Assembly: GCF_018977255.1 (NCBI RefSeq) | Contig: NW_024704742.1 | Span: 38,008,001 to 38,072,000, forward strand | Source of the DNA: Callorhinchus milii | Lineage: Eukaryota | Length of the DNA stretch: 64,000 bases | Direction of reading: 5' to 3' | Position numbers and translations under genes: made by a program | Notes under the pieces: generated by a model | Databases searched by the model: none | Seen by the model: only the letters and a program-made list of their open reading frames with translations | What the model was told of the DNA's origin: nothing | Shown: positions 22,231 through 36,129 of the stretch, in pieces | Layout: every line of letters begins with the position of its first letter | Position numbering within the stretch: position 1 is the first letter of the stretch

Positions 22231-23824
22231 GAGGGCATTCAATGCTGGGGAGCTGTATCCCAACAATAGTCTGTGTCTTCGGGGGAAGAAAATTGGAGGA
22301 GGAAATGAAAAAGTATCATTTGTTTAAACGGGTGGGAATTGAACCTGACACACTGAAACTGAGATTAGCGACCCTATTCAGGCAAAAGTGACTTAGACGT
22401 TGTGACTGAATTTCTTTCTTGTGGTACTGGTCGCCTCAGTCACGTCTGTGTTAGTGAATACCTTGACCTGGGTTAAGAATGTGTATTCGGCGATGGCATT
22501 CAGCATCAGTCATTTTTGCAATTAACAGAAGAAACAAAGTGTAGCCTTGTGTTCCAGTAGTGCATTGTAAACGGGAACGATGTCCCATCTTTTACTCTGT
22601 ACCTACCCCTGTGGAAAAGCAACATTTGCTTTAAAGCACTTTAAATAATACACAGGGCACGTAATAGCAGCTGGAATTTTACCCTATTGACTATGAATGG
22701 GAAAGGAGGGTGGAATTCCAGCTGCCGTGTTTAATCCGTGTCTGGGAATTTGGTAAGAAAAGAAAAGGGCAAGTTTCCCCACATCTGAATGTAGAAGGCA
22801 ATATTCAGGGTTCAGAGGATACCAGGCAAACATTGGCTAGCGTTCGCTAGCTGTTTCTAGCCCTTGTGCTGTTTCAGGTTTTCTCTCAATAGCTTTGCAT
22901 CTGCTTGTAGCTCTGATCCCACTTTAATAGAGCTGTCTTCTATTTAACTATCATTCTGATCACAGTTAAATAGGTCGATACCTATTTGTAACAGTGTGTG
23001 AATTTATGTACTTTCTCACTCACACTCTGCCCGAGACCAGAACTATTCTCTTGATGATGTCCAACCCTGGAGACTGGTAATTGGAATTTATTGTAGAAAC
23101 GCCACCCAGGAGTGGGACGCATAACATTCGGCTTAAGGACGATTTCAGGTGGTAATGTGGCTGCCCGTTTGATGGATATTTTGTTCCTTGAAACATTCTT
23201 TGTGAAATATCAGCCACTGCGGAATCAGCAGGAATCATCTCTTCCTGACAGAACGATAAAATATGTTTTTTTTAAAAAAATTGGGTCTATACTACACCCT
23301 GAGATTGGCAAGGTTCATTGTCCAAATAGCTGAATTATGATCTGTTAACATCTTATTACCTGACAGCTGAACCTTTTATGCAGTATTTCATGTACATCGT
23401 TACATTTTTCACATCTTTGGGATGTTACTGACTCTTTGAAACGGTTTGTATCCTGTCAGGCTGCTTGTAAAGGAAACCTAGTGCAGTAGTTAAAATTGGC
23501 AAGAGAACATTGAAATACTCCCTTTCCCCAACATCTATCTATCTGTATAGGCTGTTAACACAGGCAACAGGAATGTACTGTACTCACAGTGAAATGCCCT
23601 TTAATATATTACTGTGAAGCATCTTCCTGCTGTGCCTGCCTGTTCTATTGAATTAGAGTTGATTCATGCCATGTACTGTCCCATTTGTCTTCCAAAATTA
23701 AACAAAAGTGGAATTTGCCCCCAGCTTATTTTTCTTACATTGTCTTTTATCCATCTGTAGGTCTGACTTTATTCTTTTTTTATATAAAAGAAAGAATTTC
23801 CACTTTGATTTAGGTGCATAACAG

Positions 23825-24116
23825 TCGCCCCATCATTGGGGGGGAGGGGGGGGCGGGCCTTCAGCATCTCTACCCCCACCCTTTGGAATTCCATCCCACG
23901 TTCCCTTTGCCTTGTTCCCTCCTTTGCCTCCTTCAAGGCACGTCTCAAGACCCTCCTCTTTGACCCCGTCTTCGGTCACCCTCCTACCTCTACTCTTCCT
24001 GACCTCCACCCCTCCTGATCCCATCCCCCTGCGTGAGTCCAAATCCCTGACCGTCTAGCGCCTTGGAATGTCTTCCCGACGTGAAAGGCGCTGTACAAAT
24101 GTAATTTGTTGTTGTT
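23825..24116 (+). mobile_element. L2 3' fragment
   Basis: GGRAFSISTPTLWNSIP...FKARLKTLLFD and tail with (TGT)n. Confidence 0.9.
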
Positions 24117-24639
24117 CATTTTGAAATAAAGCTCAGCTTTTCAATCCACTCATCGTAGTGTGGGAGAATCCCCATGTACTTTTTTAGTTGGCATTCTACA
24201 TAAATGGGTTCCCTATTGTAACAAAAATCCTTGCATTTGATATTGTGCTTTATCACCCCATTGAGACGTCTGAAAGCGCTTCACAGAATATACTGTAAAG
24301 TGGAGTGACTAGTATTTTGCGGGCGAATGTGGCAACCAATTTGTACGCAGCAAATGACCCACAAGCAGCCATAGAAAGAGTGACCAATTTTATTTGGGGA
24401 ATTGTTGGCCAGGACACCAGGAGTAACTCTTTTCTAAAGTCTTGAATTCATACATCCTAAGGTTTTACAAAAGTGCAGTGATGTACAATCCTTCCCCCCA
24501 TCCCACCTGGTGAGGAAGAAAGAATTGGTAGCAGAATTATGCTTCGTCTAGTGAGGGTTTTGGAGCAGGTTGTTCGGATGGACTTTCAATCATAGAAGTA
24601 GCTCATAGACCAGCGAGTGAGAAAGGATCTTTAAAAGGA

Positions 24640-25160
24640 TGTTAAGACTTTGATTGGGTCACAGTTGCATTGCTGCATTTAGTTCTGAGAAACGTATCGG
24701 AAAAAGGATATCAGAGCCATGGGAAGGATGCCAGCAATTATGACCAGCAATTATAGTCATAAGAATATGCTCAAAATTTATTGCTTTGACTGGAAGAGAG
24801 AAGCGGGGATCTACAAAGTCTTCAAACATTGGAAAGTTTTGGAAAGGATAAATATTGAAAAATAATTCCTGTGTCTTGAAAAATCAATATCACGGGAGCA
24901 TATAAGTTAAAAGGACAGGTTAGAAGAAACCTTTTCCCACTGAGCATTATTGGACCATGGAATGGTTTGCCACAAGTGACTTGTGAGACTGAGACCATAA
25001 CTACTCTATATTTAAATAGGTAAATGGTTACATCTTTGAAGAAGATAAAAAGGAAAAAGTGGGCAATTGGGATTTGAGTTGTCAGTTCTGGTACATGAGC
25101 AAGCATCAGGTTTGGCTCAATGTTGTGAATGGCCTCCTGCTATTCTGTAATTTGTATCAT
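24640..25160 (+). mobile_element. Highly degraded CR1 3' fragment
   Basis: Remnants such as tggaagagagaagcggggatct, tggaatggtttgcca (WNGLP) and gaatggcctcctgctattctgtaat. Confidence 0.6.
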
Positions 25161-25769
25161 TGTACAAGGAAAGATCATCATTCCAAGGCTGGCATAGATT
25201 AACTAATTCCGTCCTACAGATCAGGAGAAAGGAAATGCCTTGCAGGCCTTGTGAAGTGCTGTGTGAAAAAGCGATACTTAACAGAGACCCACAGTGATGG
25301 AGCTGTGTACATTACCAAAAGGTAAAAGAGATGTGATGTGAAATGACGCTGTGCTGCTCCAGGCAGAGATGGCATGTTGTCACCATTAATCACAATTCTT
25401 AGTTTGATCTTTCAAGTCTGTTGAAATGGGAAATAATAAGTGTAAGGTGATCAGAGGGCTGGACCGCTGTGAAGATCTAGCTCATCACACGGCCTATTAT
25501 CTTTGGGCCTTGCTCGTTGAGACTGTCATTTCACAAAATGATTCCCAGATCAGCTTTCTGGGAACTCCTGTGTCAGTGCGGTCATCTGCCTGGGGTAAGA
25601 GTTTTATAATGTGCAGGAAAGGGTGTCACTTACCATCAGAACTTGGAGCGAATGATGGCAAGTCTCTCACAGTTACATTTCATAAAGGAGCTTTCTCTCT
25701 CTCTCTCTTATTTCTCTTCTGTCTCATTTTTTTCCTTCTCTTCTGAGACGCCGAGCCTCACTCACCCTC

Positions 25770-26020
25770 CGGGACCTCATCCAAGTGGCCCTTCTTCGGC
25801 TGGGAGCCTAGACAGCGAGTGCTAGCAGGCTGCACAGCTGTGGGGGGGTGGGGGTTGGTCAGAGCCCAGCCAGATCCTGATGTCCCTTGACATTCATACA
25901 CGTGCACTTTTCCAGCAGGGGTTTACTGTATAGGGCCCAGAATCAGGAACTCTGTCTGATTGCTCCTCATTCTGGCCAAGAGCACTGAGGCAAGTTGTAC
26001 CATCCTCGCCTTCTCCCTCA
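25770..26020 (-). mobile_element. AmnSINE2-like old SINE
   Basis: caagtggcc.ttctt...gagcctagacagcgagtg...gcacttttccagcagggg...atcaggaac...cactgaggc; shared with the 34.5 and 41.8 kb copies. Confidence 0.6.
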
Positions 26021-26545
26021 TCAGAAAGTTAAGCTTTCACAATAGCAAGTGAAGACTTTTGATTTGAGCTATTCAATGTTCTAACCTTTTGAGCTGAAGT
26101 AACTTTGAAAGGCGTTTGTGAAAATGGCTCTGTTCTGTCAAATGTCCCAACAAGAATCCACACTTATTTAAACAAAGGGGTTGTTTTTTCAAAACTCTTT
26201 GACTCCATAATGACATTACAAGATGCAGTTTTTTTTCACAATTGAACCCTCACTCAGTTGCTGGGGCAATGACGTATTTTTCCACCTCGGGTTATTTGTA
26301 CTGTGACTTGTATTTGTGCTGAACTGCGTTTGTAAAGTAAACACCGTAGAGCAGTGACTTAACATGAACAGACCTCAAACAGGATTCACCTCACCATATG
26401 TTCATGATGTCCTGTACTGAGGTCATCCCGCCTCTTCTGTCCTCAAAAGCACCAATGATTGCCTTCGCCCTCACCACTAACTCTCTCTTTATACATGGCG
26501 ATGTCTTGGCATAATAGCCCTTTGACCTTTCAGAGGGAATTAAGT

Positions 26546-26911
26546 TACAACAACAGCAACAAGATTTCATTTATAGAGCACCTTTCACGTCGGGAGGATG
26601 TCCCAAGGCGCTGGACAGTTAGGTCGGGACCTGAGCAAGGTGGAAACGGTCAGGGTGATGGGAGAGAAGGGAGGGAGCGAGGAGGGGGTAGAGAGTCGAG
26701 AAGGAAGCTGAAGGCACGGTCGAAGAGAAGGGTCTTGAGACCAGCCTTGAAGGAGGAAAGGGAGGAAGCAAGGCGAAGGCACTCTAACCTTTTGAGCTGG
26801 GATGGAGTTCGATCCTCTGGGGGGATGGGGAGCCAGAGGAGGCGAGCGAGGGTGGGAGTGATGTGGTCGCGAAGCCTAGTGCGGGACAGTACACAAGCTG
26901 CAGAGTTCTGA
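26546..26911 (-). mobile_element. Young L2 3' fragment with an internal deletion near 26783
   Basis: Close to 11380-11480 and 11680-11960 of the long L2, but lacks the intervening part. Confidence 0.9.
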
Positions 26912-29738
26912 ATAAGTTATTATACTGTCATCAGACAAGATATTGTATATAAAACATAGCAATCCAAGACTGCTTGTGGGACATTCTGTATGCAATTTGC
27001 TGCCGCGTTTCGCCCGCAAAAAACACATCAATTCACTTATATTCTGTGAAGCGCTTTGAGACGTCTCAATGAGTGATAAGACCCTATATCAAATAATTAT
27101 TATTAAGTTAGCAGCTAAGTTTGCAAGTATTGTCCCCAACAGCTTAAAGGAACCACATACAATAATAATAATTCATAATAATGTAACGTGTGGAGAGTTG
27201 CAGCTGGGATTTGGAGTTGGGGCAAACATTAACTAAAGGCACAATTGAGGCATTTATTCATGAATTGATTCTGACCTGGATACAGTGCAAACTTTTTTCT
27301 TTTTCTTGTTAAAACTGCATTCTAACACTTTCAATTTCATTTTGCTTTTCTTTGCATGCAGTACTTCCAAAAAAAACAGTTTGTACACAAATGAAACAAG
27401 CTGGTAAATTTTCATCGACAACTGGTGCACCTCAGCAATTAACGTTCAAACAGGCAATGATGGGACTGTAAAAGTGCAGATGTTCCTGTTCTTTGAAGTG
27501 GATAATTGTCCTTTCAAGAGACTTGCACCTCAAGTAAAAATAATATACGACTTGCTCCAGTACTTGACTCCTCACTCCCACAAGACAGCAATAAAATTGT
27601 CAATATTTTCTTTCATCCAGAAAAGCAGAGTATTTCTTCCCTATCCACCCACCCTCCATAGTTGTGCTCACTGGCCAAAGGGACTCCTTTACATTAAGTA
27701 AAGTGAAATGTGCTCACGCCCACCCGTCTGCCGCAGTTGCTTAAAACACTTGATGAACTAATAGTTGCTTGCTGCTATCAAGTCTTTGTGATTGGTCATC
27801 TGTATAGACTCTGTGTGTAATTGTGCTCAGTCCAGTTCAGTTTGTAACTCTGCTGGGCTGGTTTCAAATGTGCAGCTGAGCATCAAGACTGCTTTCAGCA
27901 TCAGCTGTGATGTGCTGCCAGTAATCCCACAGCTATGGGGGCACTGACTTCCAAATAACAGGCAAGCCTGAGTGCACTGCCTAATATGAATTCCCAAGGT
28001 AAAGGAATTCCTTTCCAATTAATTCAGACAATCAGAAGAGGGCAGGAGAAGGGACTGACTGGGGAACCAGCCATTGTCATTGTTAACCCCAGTTGAAAGT
28101 GGAGAAACAAAGGTGATGCGGCACATGTGCACTGCAAAAGATTTATGACATTTTTTTAAAACATACATATAATTAATTAATATAAACACAACAACTGGCC
28201 TTTGTTCCTTTAAGTTTTTATCCCCTCCCCCCAAAAAAAACTACTGGTTGAATGAGAGTGCTTGGAAATGATTTGTTCTCCCACTATAATTACTGCAGGT
28301 AGAAAACAATTGTTTGGAGAGAACGTGTGCTTACCTGGTCAAACCTGGATCAGTTGAGTGGGATTGGAGTGAGCATTGAAATGCCTCGACCTAATTGCTT
28401 CTGAGTTCTGCTTTTTGTGACCAGGGAATAGCCACTGCACTTTGAACTCCATTAGATTTATTGGAGTTTTCACAGCAGCATTGTTTTCAGCCAAAGGTCA
28501 GGTCTCAGTGAAATCTCACTGCTTCTAAGTCCGGGGGTACGAAGATGTTCAGTGTTATTTAGACCAACTCCTTCATACTATGACAGAAGAGAACCAGTGT
28601 AAATGAATTACTCTGTTCTTCAGTAAGTTATTAATTACATAAGATATTCCAAAAAAATGATGACTAATCTCTTTGCTCTTTCCTATGATGGGTTAAACGA
28701 ATGGGCTTCTCCCAGTTGCGTATGTTAATAATAATCCTTGCATTTGATGTAGCGCCTTATCAAGTCGACCAGACGTCTCAAAGCGCTTCACAGGATATAC
28801 TGTCAATTTTGTGGTGGTTCTCATGTTCCTTTCTCTGGACATCGTTGGAGTTGCTGTATGAGGATTGCCGTGCTACAAATTGCTGTTGAAACCTAATCCA
28901 TAATGACATTTAAATTGAAATTGTCCAAAATAATCCATAGATTGCATATAGTGCCTAATACCAATATAAATTGTATTCAAGGAATTTATATAAACAAGTG
29001 TTGAATCCCACAAAATCCCTTTCCCTAACTCATTGACACTCCACCGCTTATATCTGCTGGGTCCTGATTGTGATTTCTCCAATATTGCTAGGCATATATT
29101 CAGATATCTGGATTCTTCCCATGTTGGTGTCAGTCTACCTATTATTTATATGTAATAATCACAAAACTAAGGTTATTTAGTTATTTATCGCACTTTGAGT
29201 TAGGACAACTATGACTTATTTACCTTGACTTTAAGAGAAAAAATATTATTTTGCTCCTGTCCCTTAAATTAGATATTTCTGATTTGCATGCCTGAAATTC
29301 TTAGCTGAAAATAGAATATAGTTTTAAATTATTGGCTGCACCATAATTATTGATATGGTGGTGAATATGGGGTTTGAGGGGATGGGGAGGGTAAAATTAT
29401 TCAAAGTATCTCCCGTCCTCCAGTGACCACTGATATTGAAACTCACATAGAAGAAAAGTCTTGCAGAATGTTATTGTTGCATTGCCACCACGTCAGCTAT
29501 CTAATAAAATACTGTATGCAATAACAATTATGTAATGGTACTTATGTAATAAAAATTATGCAATCATAATTATATAATGATGATAGAACCAGATCGATGA
29601 TAATAGCCTAGTGTTTGTCTTGACCCTTAACACTTTCTGTTTCAAAATGATTGTCAATTTTCCATTGTTTCCAAAATACTATCAGTTATAATGTTGTCAT
29701 AAGTCCGTGGAGTCCTGTAGCTCAGTGTAGCTGTAGTT

Positions 29739-30056
29739 CGTGGAGTCCTGTAGCTCAGTGGGTTAGAGCACTCGCTTTGCAAGTGAGAGACCTGAGTTCA
29801 ATTCCAGGCAGGGCGAAACCTTGGGCAAGTTTCCTTACTCCACACAGAGCCTAATAATAATCCTCCAAAAACAATAATAAATTGGTCATTTTCAATCTAC
29901 GACTGTTTGTGGGACATTGCTGTGCGCAATTGGCTGCCGCGTTCGCCCACAAATATACAGTCAATTCACTTTACAGTGTGTTCTGTGAAGCGCTTTGGGA
30001 CGTCCTCCTGACGTGAAAAGCGCTATATCAAATGCAAGGATTATTATTATTATTAT
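29739..30056 (+). mobile_element. Full-length young SINE, short subfamily
   Basis: Complete head, body and tail, near-identical to 14156-14488. Confidence 0.93.
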
Positions 30057-30189
30057 AAGAGTTACCTTCCCCAAGTGACCAATGTTTATGAGCCATGGCA
30101 ATAGGGAGGGGGAGTCGGACAAATGGTTTGAAAGTAGAAAGGAGTCCTGACCAACAGTCCTCTGGATAAATTCACCTCCTGGATTGGTT

Positions 30190-31206
30190 ATTCCACTTTC
30201 TGCAACCAGGCTGCCTTTGTCGCCTCCTTCTCCTCAACCTCTCTGCTGCCATTGATACTGTCGATCACTCTATCCTTCCTCACCATCTCCCTCCCTGCTC
30301 CACCTCCATGGCTCTGTCTTTCCTGATTTCATTCTTACCTGTCTCAGCCTCTTCACTTTGTCTCTTCAAATGGTTTCTCTTCCCACCCCTGCACAGTCAC
30401 ATGTGTCTCTTTACCATCTATTTGCTCCCCCTTGATGACACCATCCGTGGACATAGGGTATGAAGCAATCTTTTGTTCAGTTTGTTTCTCAAGCTGTCTT
30501 CTGTCATATTCATTTCAAAGCATTTATGATTGAATAGTTCAATATACAGGAAAAAATGATTTAACTTTAGCTCGGTGGGAGTCAGCTGTCAGCAGCTATT
30601 TTTATTTGAGACTGTCAGAATTTGGCAGAATTTTTCTTTACCGTACTATGCTTGCATAAAAGAATCCTGTCATCTGCAGCCTAATTTCATAGTGATTTAT
30701 AAAGTGGAATTGTGTTTTTTGTTTATGCAAGACCGCTGTGTTTTATATATAAATCTGAGAAGAATGAAACAATATTATCGTAAAGTATACGGAGGCCAGG
30801 CCAGTATTTCTCTTGGCACTTGTGGTTCTTTCTGGAGACTGAAATATCCCAGTCCAGGTCAGTTGAAAGCAGGGAGTGAGGGGTTAGCAAAATAAGCCAC
30901 CACATTGACTAGTGACATGACATAGCTGAATTTAATGCATTCCCCCTGTCCTCCTGGTCAAACTGTTTCAATAGCAGTCGTCGGCTACTACTCTCCTAAC
31001 CTCTGGAACTCCCTTTCTCTACCCTTCCATCTCACGTCCTCTCTCTGTCTTTAAATAACAGCTAAAAATCTCCCTTTTCAATTGTGCCAATGGTCATCAC
31101 CCCTTCCCCTCTCCCTTCTTCCTTGCTCGGTGTCCAACTCCATCTTTGTGACGGGCCCTGAGACATTATCCTACTTGAAGTGCGCTATATAAATACAAGT
31201 TGTTAT
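30190..31206 (+). mobile_element. Two degraded L2 segments (about 30190-30460 RT; about 30940-31206 3' end)
   Basis: ctctctgctgccattgatactgtcgatcac (LSAA.DTVDH), later ctctggaactccct and an L2 tail. Confidence 0.75.
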
Positions 31207-32969
31207 TCTTTTATTCAAAGCAAGTGCGCAGTTTGTTGAAGGGCAGTCATTTTCATCAAACCCTGAGGAGAAAACACGCATTGCTTTTTTAGAACTGCGG
31301 AAAAGACATCAATAGAAAGGGCAATGTGGCTCTCATCTCCCACAGGGCTATGTTAGCAAAAGCATTCAGGAAATCTAATGACTCTTATATTATATGTTTG
31401 CCTCCTGAGGCAGACCTATTCTTGGATGCAGCTATTGACATAAAATGACTGGTTTTCCCAATATTGATTGCTGGAAAACCCTACAAGAGCCGAGGATGTC
31501 TCTCCCGTTGCCTTTGGATACAGGTGATCTGACGTTATATTGTGAACTCTCAGTACCGCAGCGATGGGCCCAGTGATGTTCAATACCTGTGAGAATCTCA
31601 GGACATTATTAGCAACACTTACACAATGATGTCAAGATGTTTGCACATGTGGGATGGGAATTGCCATAAGCATTCTCTGGCAGACTGGAGGTATTGTAAT
31701 AGTAGCAGGAAGCCACAATGCCTCTTATTTGGTACTGCATTTCTTATCTTCTAAACTGTGACATGAAAGCAATTGGTAGAGGTACCATTTCACGTTGGCT
31801 CAAGGCCATGCATACTAAATTACCCCTGGTTCAATGCCTGTTATCAATAATAATGAATCCTTGCATTTGATATAGTTATTGAGGCATCTCAAAGCTCTTC
31901 ATAGGATTTACTGTAAAGTATAGTTACTGAATTTTTGGAGGCAAAGTCATTTTGGAGGCAATGCGGCAGCCCCTTTGCACCAAAGGATGTGAAGTGAATG
32001 ACCCATTTTATCTGGGGAGTTGTTAGAAACTTCCTTTTCTTTTTCAGACGGTGCCATGAGCAGGCAGTTGGGATCTCGTGTTAACGCGAGGGACAGCACC
32101 TCTGACAATGCAGCACTCCCCCAGCAATTACTGGATTGCCAGCCGAGGCTATGAGTTCAAAGTCCTAACGTGAAGCTTGAGCCCAAAACCATTTGACTCA
32201 GAAATGAGAGTGCTCCCAACTGAGCCAGGCTGGTTTTGCCCAGATTCAGCCGGGCACCACTTGAGGGAGCTACAGTGGGCCTGCTACTGTTCACTGAGCC
32301 CCTGCTGAAGGGCACGCATGTGGATGTTGGAACAAAAAAGATTGTTCTTAAAAGAGACAGCACAGACACGGTGGGCTAAATGGCCTTTTCCTGTGCTGTA
32401 ATTTCTATGGGTGAGAATAGGCATGAGCTCAGATGTGTTGCACACACTGTCTGGGCTCCCACGTGAAAAATGGGCTAACCCCTGGGTAACTGCAGCGCAG
32501 AAAGATTCAGCTGCTTTTTTATCTCTTCAGGAGAAAGGAAATTGGCAAAACCAAGATATTCTAATTTGTTGATTGGAGCGCTTCCAGTAAACAAACATGG
32601 AATTTGCATTTGTTTAGCTATACATTACCTAAATGTTTTTAGTGATCATAATGTCAACTAATCTTGAGTTTGTATATAATTTGTAACGTATCCAGTATCA
32701 CACGTACCCATTAAGGATGGAGTTACTAGGACAAGGACTGTAAAAAAAATCAACAGGATGTTAGCATCATCCACGCCTCAAACTTACATCCATTGCCATT
32801 TCCAGAATACACAGAACTTGCAAACAGGAACAACATTTAAATGACTAATCCAGTTATCTGGTCTATCACATCATAATAAACTTACCTAGCAGTAAGTAGG
32901 AAGCAGGTTGTTAGTCAATTGGCAGATCGCTTTTCCGGGGGTAATACTCCCCTTTTTTAAAAAAGAAAC

Positions 32970-33221
32970 ACAACAGCTAAATTGCACGCAGTAGTGTCCC
33001 ACTAACCGTTGTGGATTGAATGACCAAATTATACATTTTTTTAACTGATTATTAACCCCGGAAAGCAATCTGCCAATCGACTAACAACCAGGTTCCTACT
33101 CACTGCTAGGTAAACAAAGTGTGGAGTAAGGAAACTTGCCTAACGTTTCGCCCTGCCCGGGAATCAAACCCAGGTCCTCTCGCTTGCGAGGCAAGTGCTC
33201 TAATTAGCAAGCTACAGGACT
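32970..33221 (-). mobile_element. SINE, long subfamily, lacking its tail; inverted copy of its central block at 32883-32945
   Basis: Head at about 33130-33221, central block at 33051-33115, Deu-like part at 32975-33025. Confidence 0.85.
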
Positions 33222-34554
33222 ATATGTTCAAATTGTTGTTCTTCTAGTTCCGCTGTTAAGGTATACGGCTTCTCTCGTGATCAGCAGGAAGACTGGAAAA
33301 CAAATACCCAGTTGCTCCGATTCCCAGATGAATTCATTCCAGTGGAATGTAAATAACTCTTAAAAGAACTGCCTGGACTATTTTGTGTCAGGCAGCTGCC
33401 GGAACAAATTCATAAGATTAGTGTCTCACGCTGGGTTGAAAATGTTTGTGAACTGAGGAGGCTTACCGGGTCACTTAGTGGACTTTTATCGAAAGAAAAA
33501 AAATCTATAGTTCTTTGCTGCACAGTTGCCCCCGTAGTGATGGTGTTGCATTTAAAGTGACCAAATGTTCTGAGTTTACCATTGCGGGGCAACTTCCTTG
33601 AAGTGCATTGTTGCAGTGGACGGGGACTGAATGTTCCTGTTTCTGAGCGGGGAGGTTTTATTTGGTGCAGGCAAGTGTCTAAGCATTCACACTTTGTGTA
33701 CATTTGTGAGATCCCTCAAACTAAAATACACAGCGTTAAGTCTGACAGATAAACAGAGCTGAGCTTTGTCTTCTGTTCTCTTCACTCCTCTGCCCTCCTC
33801 AGCAGTAAGCCCCCTCTTTGCCTGGCTTTGTGACACAGAGGGCTGTGTGCGGAGGGTTGTACAGCACTGCTCTCTGCTTCACCCTGGCAGTGACTTCCTT
33901 ACGCTGCTTCATTCTTGGAAAATGTCCTCGTTTCTTGAGAGATGAAGGCACTAACCTCCCTAGCAGTGTTGTTTGAGCAGAAACTGGAAGACGTAGTCTT
34001 CCACTCGATAGTATAGGAGAAGATGGGTATTGGAGTTGAATTTGTGTGTATGTGTGTGGGGAGACAAGGTGGGGATGTTCTGTACCACATGCTATACTGC
34101 AGGGTAATGAGAAATCTCATCTGAAAATTATAAAAATAATAATATCAATAATATTTTTATTTGATATAGTGCTTTCACTTTTTTTTTAAAAACTCATCAG
34201 CTGTAGAGATGTTGGTGCTATCATACTGGTTCAGTTGGTAGAAATACTGAACTGCAGGGCTGGGGAAGCAAGGTCCTGTATGCCTAACTGCTAACCGCTC
34301 CGAGACAATATCCCACGTGAAAAACGCAATGTAAATGCAATTTTTTTACTGTTCAGATGGACGTTAGGATCCCATGACTATTCGAAAAGAGGAGAGAGAT
34401 GTTCCCGGCGTCCTAGACAACTTTCCTCCTGATTAATTGGTCATTCACTTTATAGCTGTTTATGGCACACTGCTGGAGCAAATGTCAGCCTCATTGCCTA
34501 TAAATACAATTTTCTCACCTCTCCTGAAAGGACCCCTTCAGAGTACACTTCCAT

Positions 34555-34890
34555 GAACAACAAAGCCCCCACTCCCCATTACCTTGCTCAAGTGCACATT
34601 CTTGCTGTGTGAGCATTTATGGTCAACAGGCTATTAGGCAGTTGGGGCATCAAAGCTACCTTCGATCTTGCCCTCACTCGGTGTTCGCACACAATATATT
34701 TTACAGCAGGGATCAACAGGTAGAGAGAGAGGTCAGGAGCGGGAACCTTTCATGATTCTTTTCTCCTTCCAAGGCCAATTGTAGCTACGCAGCTGCGAGA
34801 TCAACTAACTTAGGACACCCTGTGGATTGAAGCTGGGACCTTTCTGATCTGTACGGCTCAATTTCATACTGACCTTGACCAGCTCATCTG
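34555..34890 (-). mobile_element. AmnSINE2-like old SINE
   Basis: tcaggagcgggaacc...aggccaattgtagc...gagatcaactaactt...ctgggacctttctgatctgtacggctca. Confidence 0.6.
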
Positions 34891-35968
34891 CTAGCAGAAA
34901 TGTTTGCTTAATTTAAAATTTGCAGTATTGTGCCTTCAAATATCTCAGATTACCAGGTTAGTTTATGTGGTAGAATAAAACCGCATTGATGTCTGTGTAA
35001 TGTCACTTCTGACAACAACAAATTACATTTATATAGTGTCATTCCTCACTCACTCATTCACTCACTGGCCAATATTTATATAGCAGCTTTCACATCAGGA
35101 GGACATCCCAAGACCCTGGACAGTCAGGGATCCTGTGGGGTAGTGTTGACTGGTTAGAAGCCAGTTCCTTCCCAGGTTTGGTGAGCTCAGCAGTTTGGCT
35201 TTGTAAGTAACGCCCGTGTTTTTAGACCCCTCTTCCCTTTCAAACTCCCTCCCTCGTCCTTGATTGGTTTTCTCTCTTCGTTTTTGCTGCCTCTCGGCCT
35301 TTGTTTGCCAATTGCATCTCTTCCATAGCATGTGTGTATTAACCTGTATCCATCAAGATTAGTTCAAGCTACAGTACTGTGCAAGTGCTGGTGACACTTA
35401 AGAGTATGTCTTGCAAGGTTCAGATGTTGGGTAGTTACTCTCCAATAGGTGCTCGATCTGGTAATTTCAGAGAGAGAACAGATGAGATTTAGTACAGTGA
35501 ATTATAGTTATGACACATTATCTTATTGATTAGCTATGTATATAATTCTAGCATTTAATATACTGCCTTACCACATCATCAAAGTTTCAAACCACTTCAG
35601 AGGATTTTATTGTAATGTGTAGTGCCTTGTAAGCAAAGTACTTCATAGTTTCAAGTAGTGCCACCTTCAAACCCTTTTCAATTTCAGAATGCACATTCAG
35701 TGTTTGAGATGAATATTGTTTCTGCACTGATGCACAATCTGTAAGTAGAGATGTTGTAAATGATCCAAGGAGGGAGCAGCTTTGGGGAAGATTACTTTTC
35801 CAGAATACTTTGCATGACAATCCCATTCCAACACTTACTTGCTAATCAAATCTCACACCTAATAAGATGTAATTGCTAAGCATTAACCAATTAAACTAAA
35901 AGTACATCCTGTCATCTTGGACATAGTAAATAGCTCCCTATTTTAATTGAACGTTCTTCTCTTTTCCT

Positions 35969-35995
35969 CCCCCCCCCCCCCCCCCCCCCCCCCCC
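35969..35995 (+). repeat. Poly-C homopolymer (G-run on minus strand)
   Basis: About 27 consecutive C. Confidence 0.95.
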
Positions 35996-36129
35996 GCCAC
36001 CCCCAGCAACATGTGTCCTTTGAAGAATGTGCTCGCTGCTCCTGAATTGATGAGGTGACAGTGAATGTGGTCACAGCTCCCAGAAAATTGCTGCTTGTAG
36101 ACATAAGACCTAAAGTAGCTCTATTTATG

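Noticed and set aside
25426..25746. MGNNK... ORF as a myristoylated protein or first exon
   Set aside because: Weak donor, low-complexity end and no recognisable homology.
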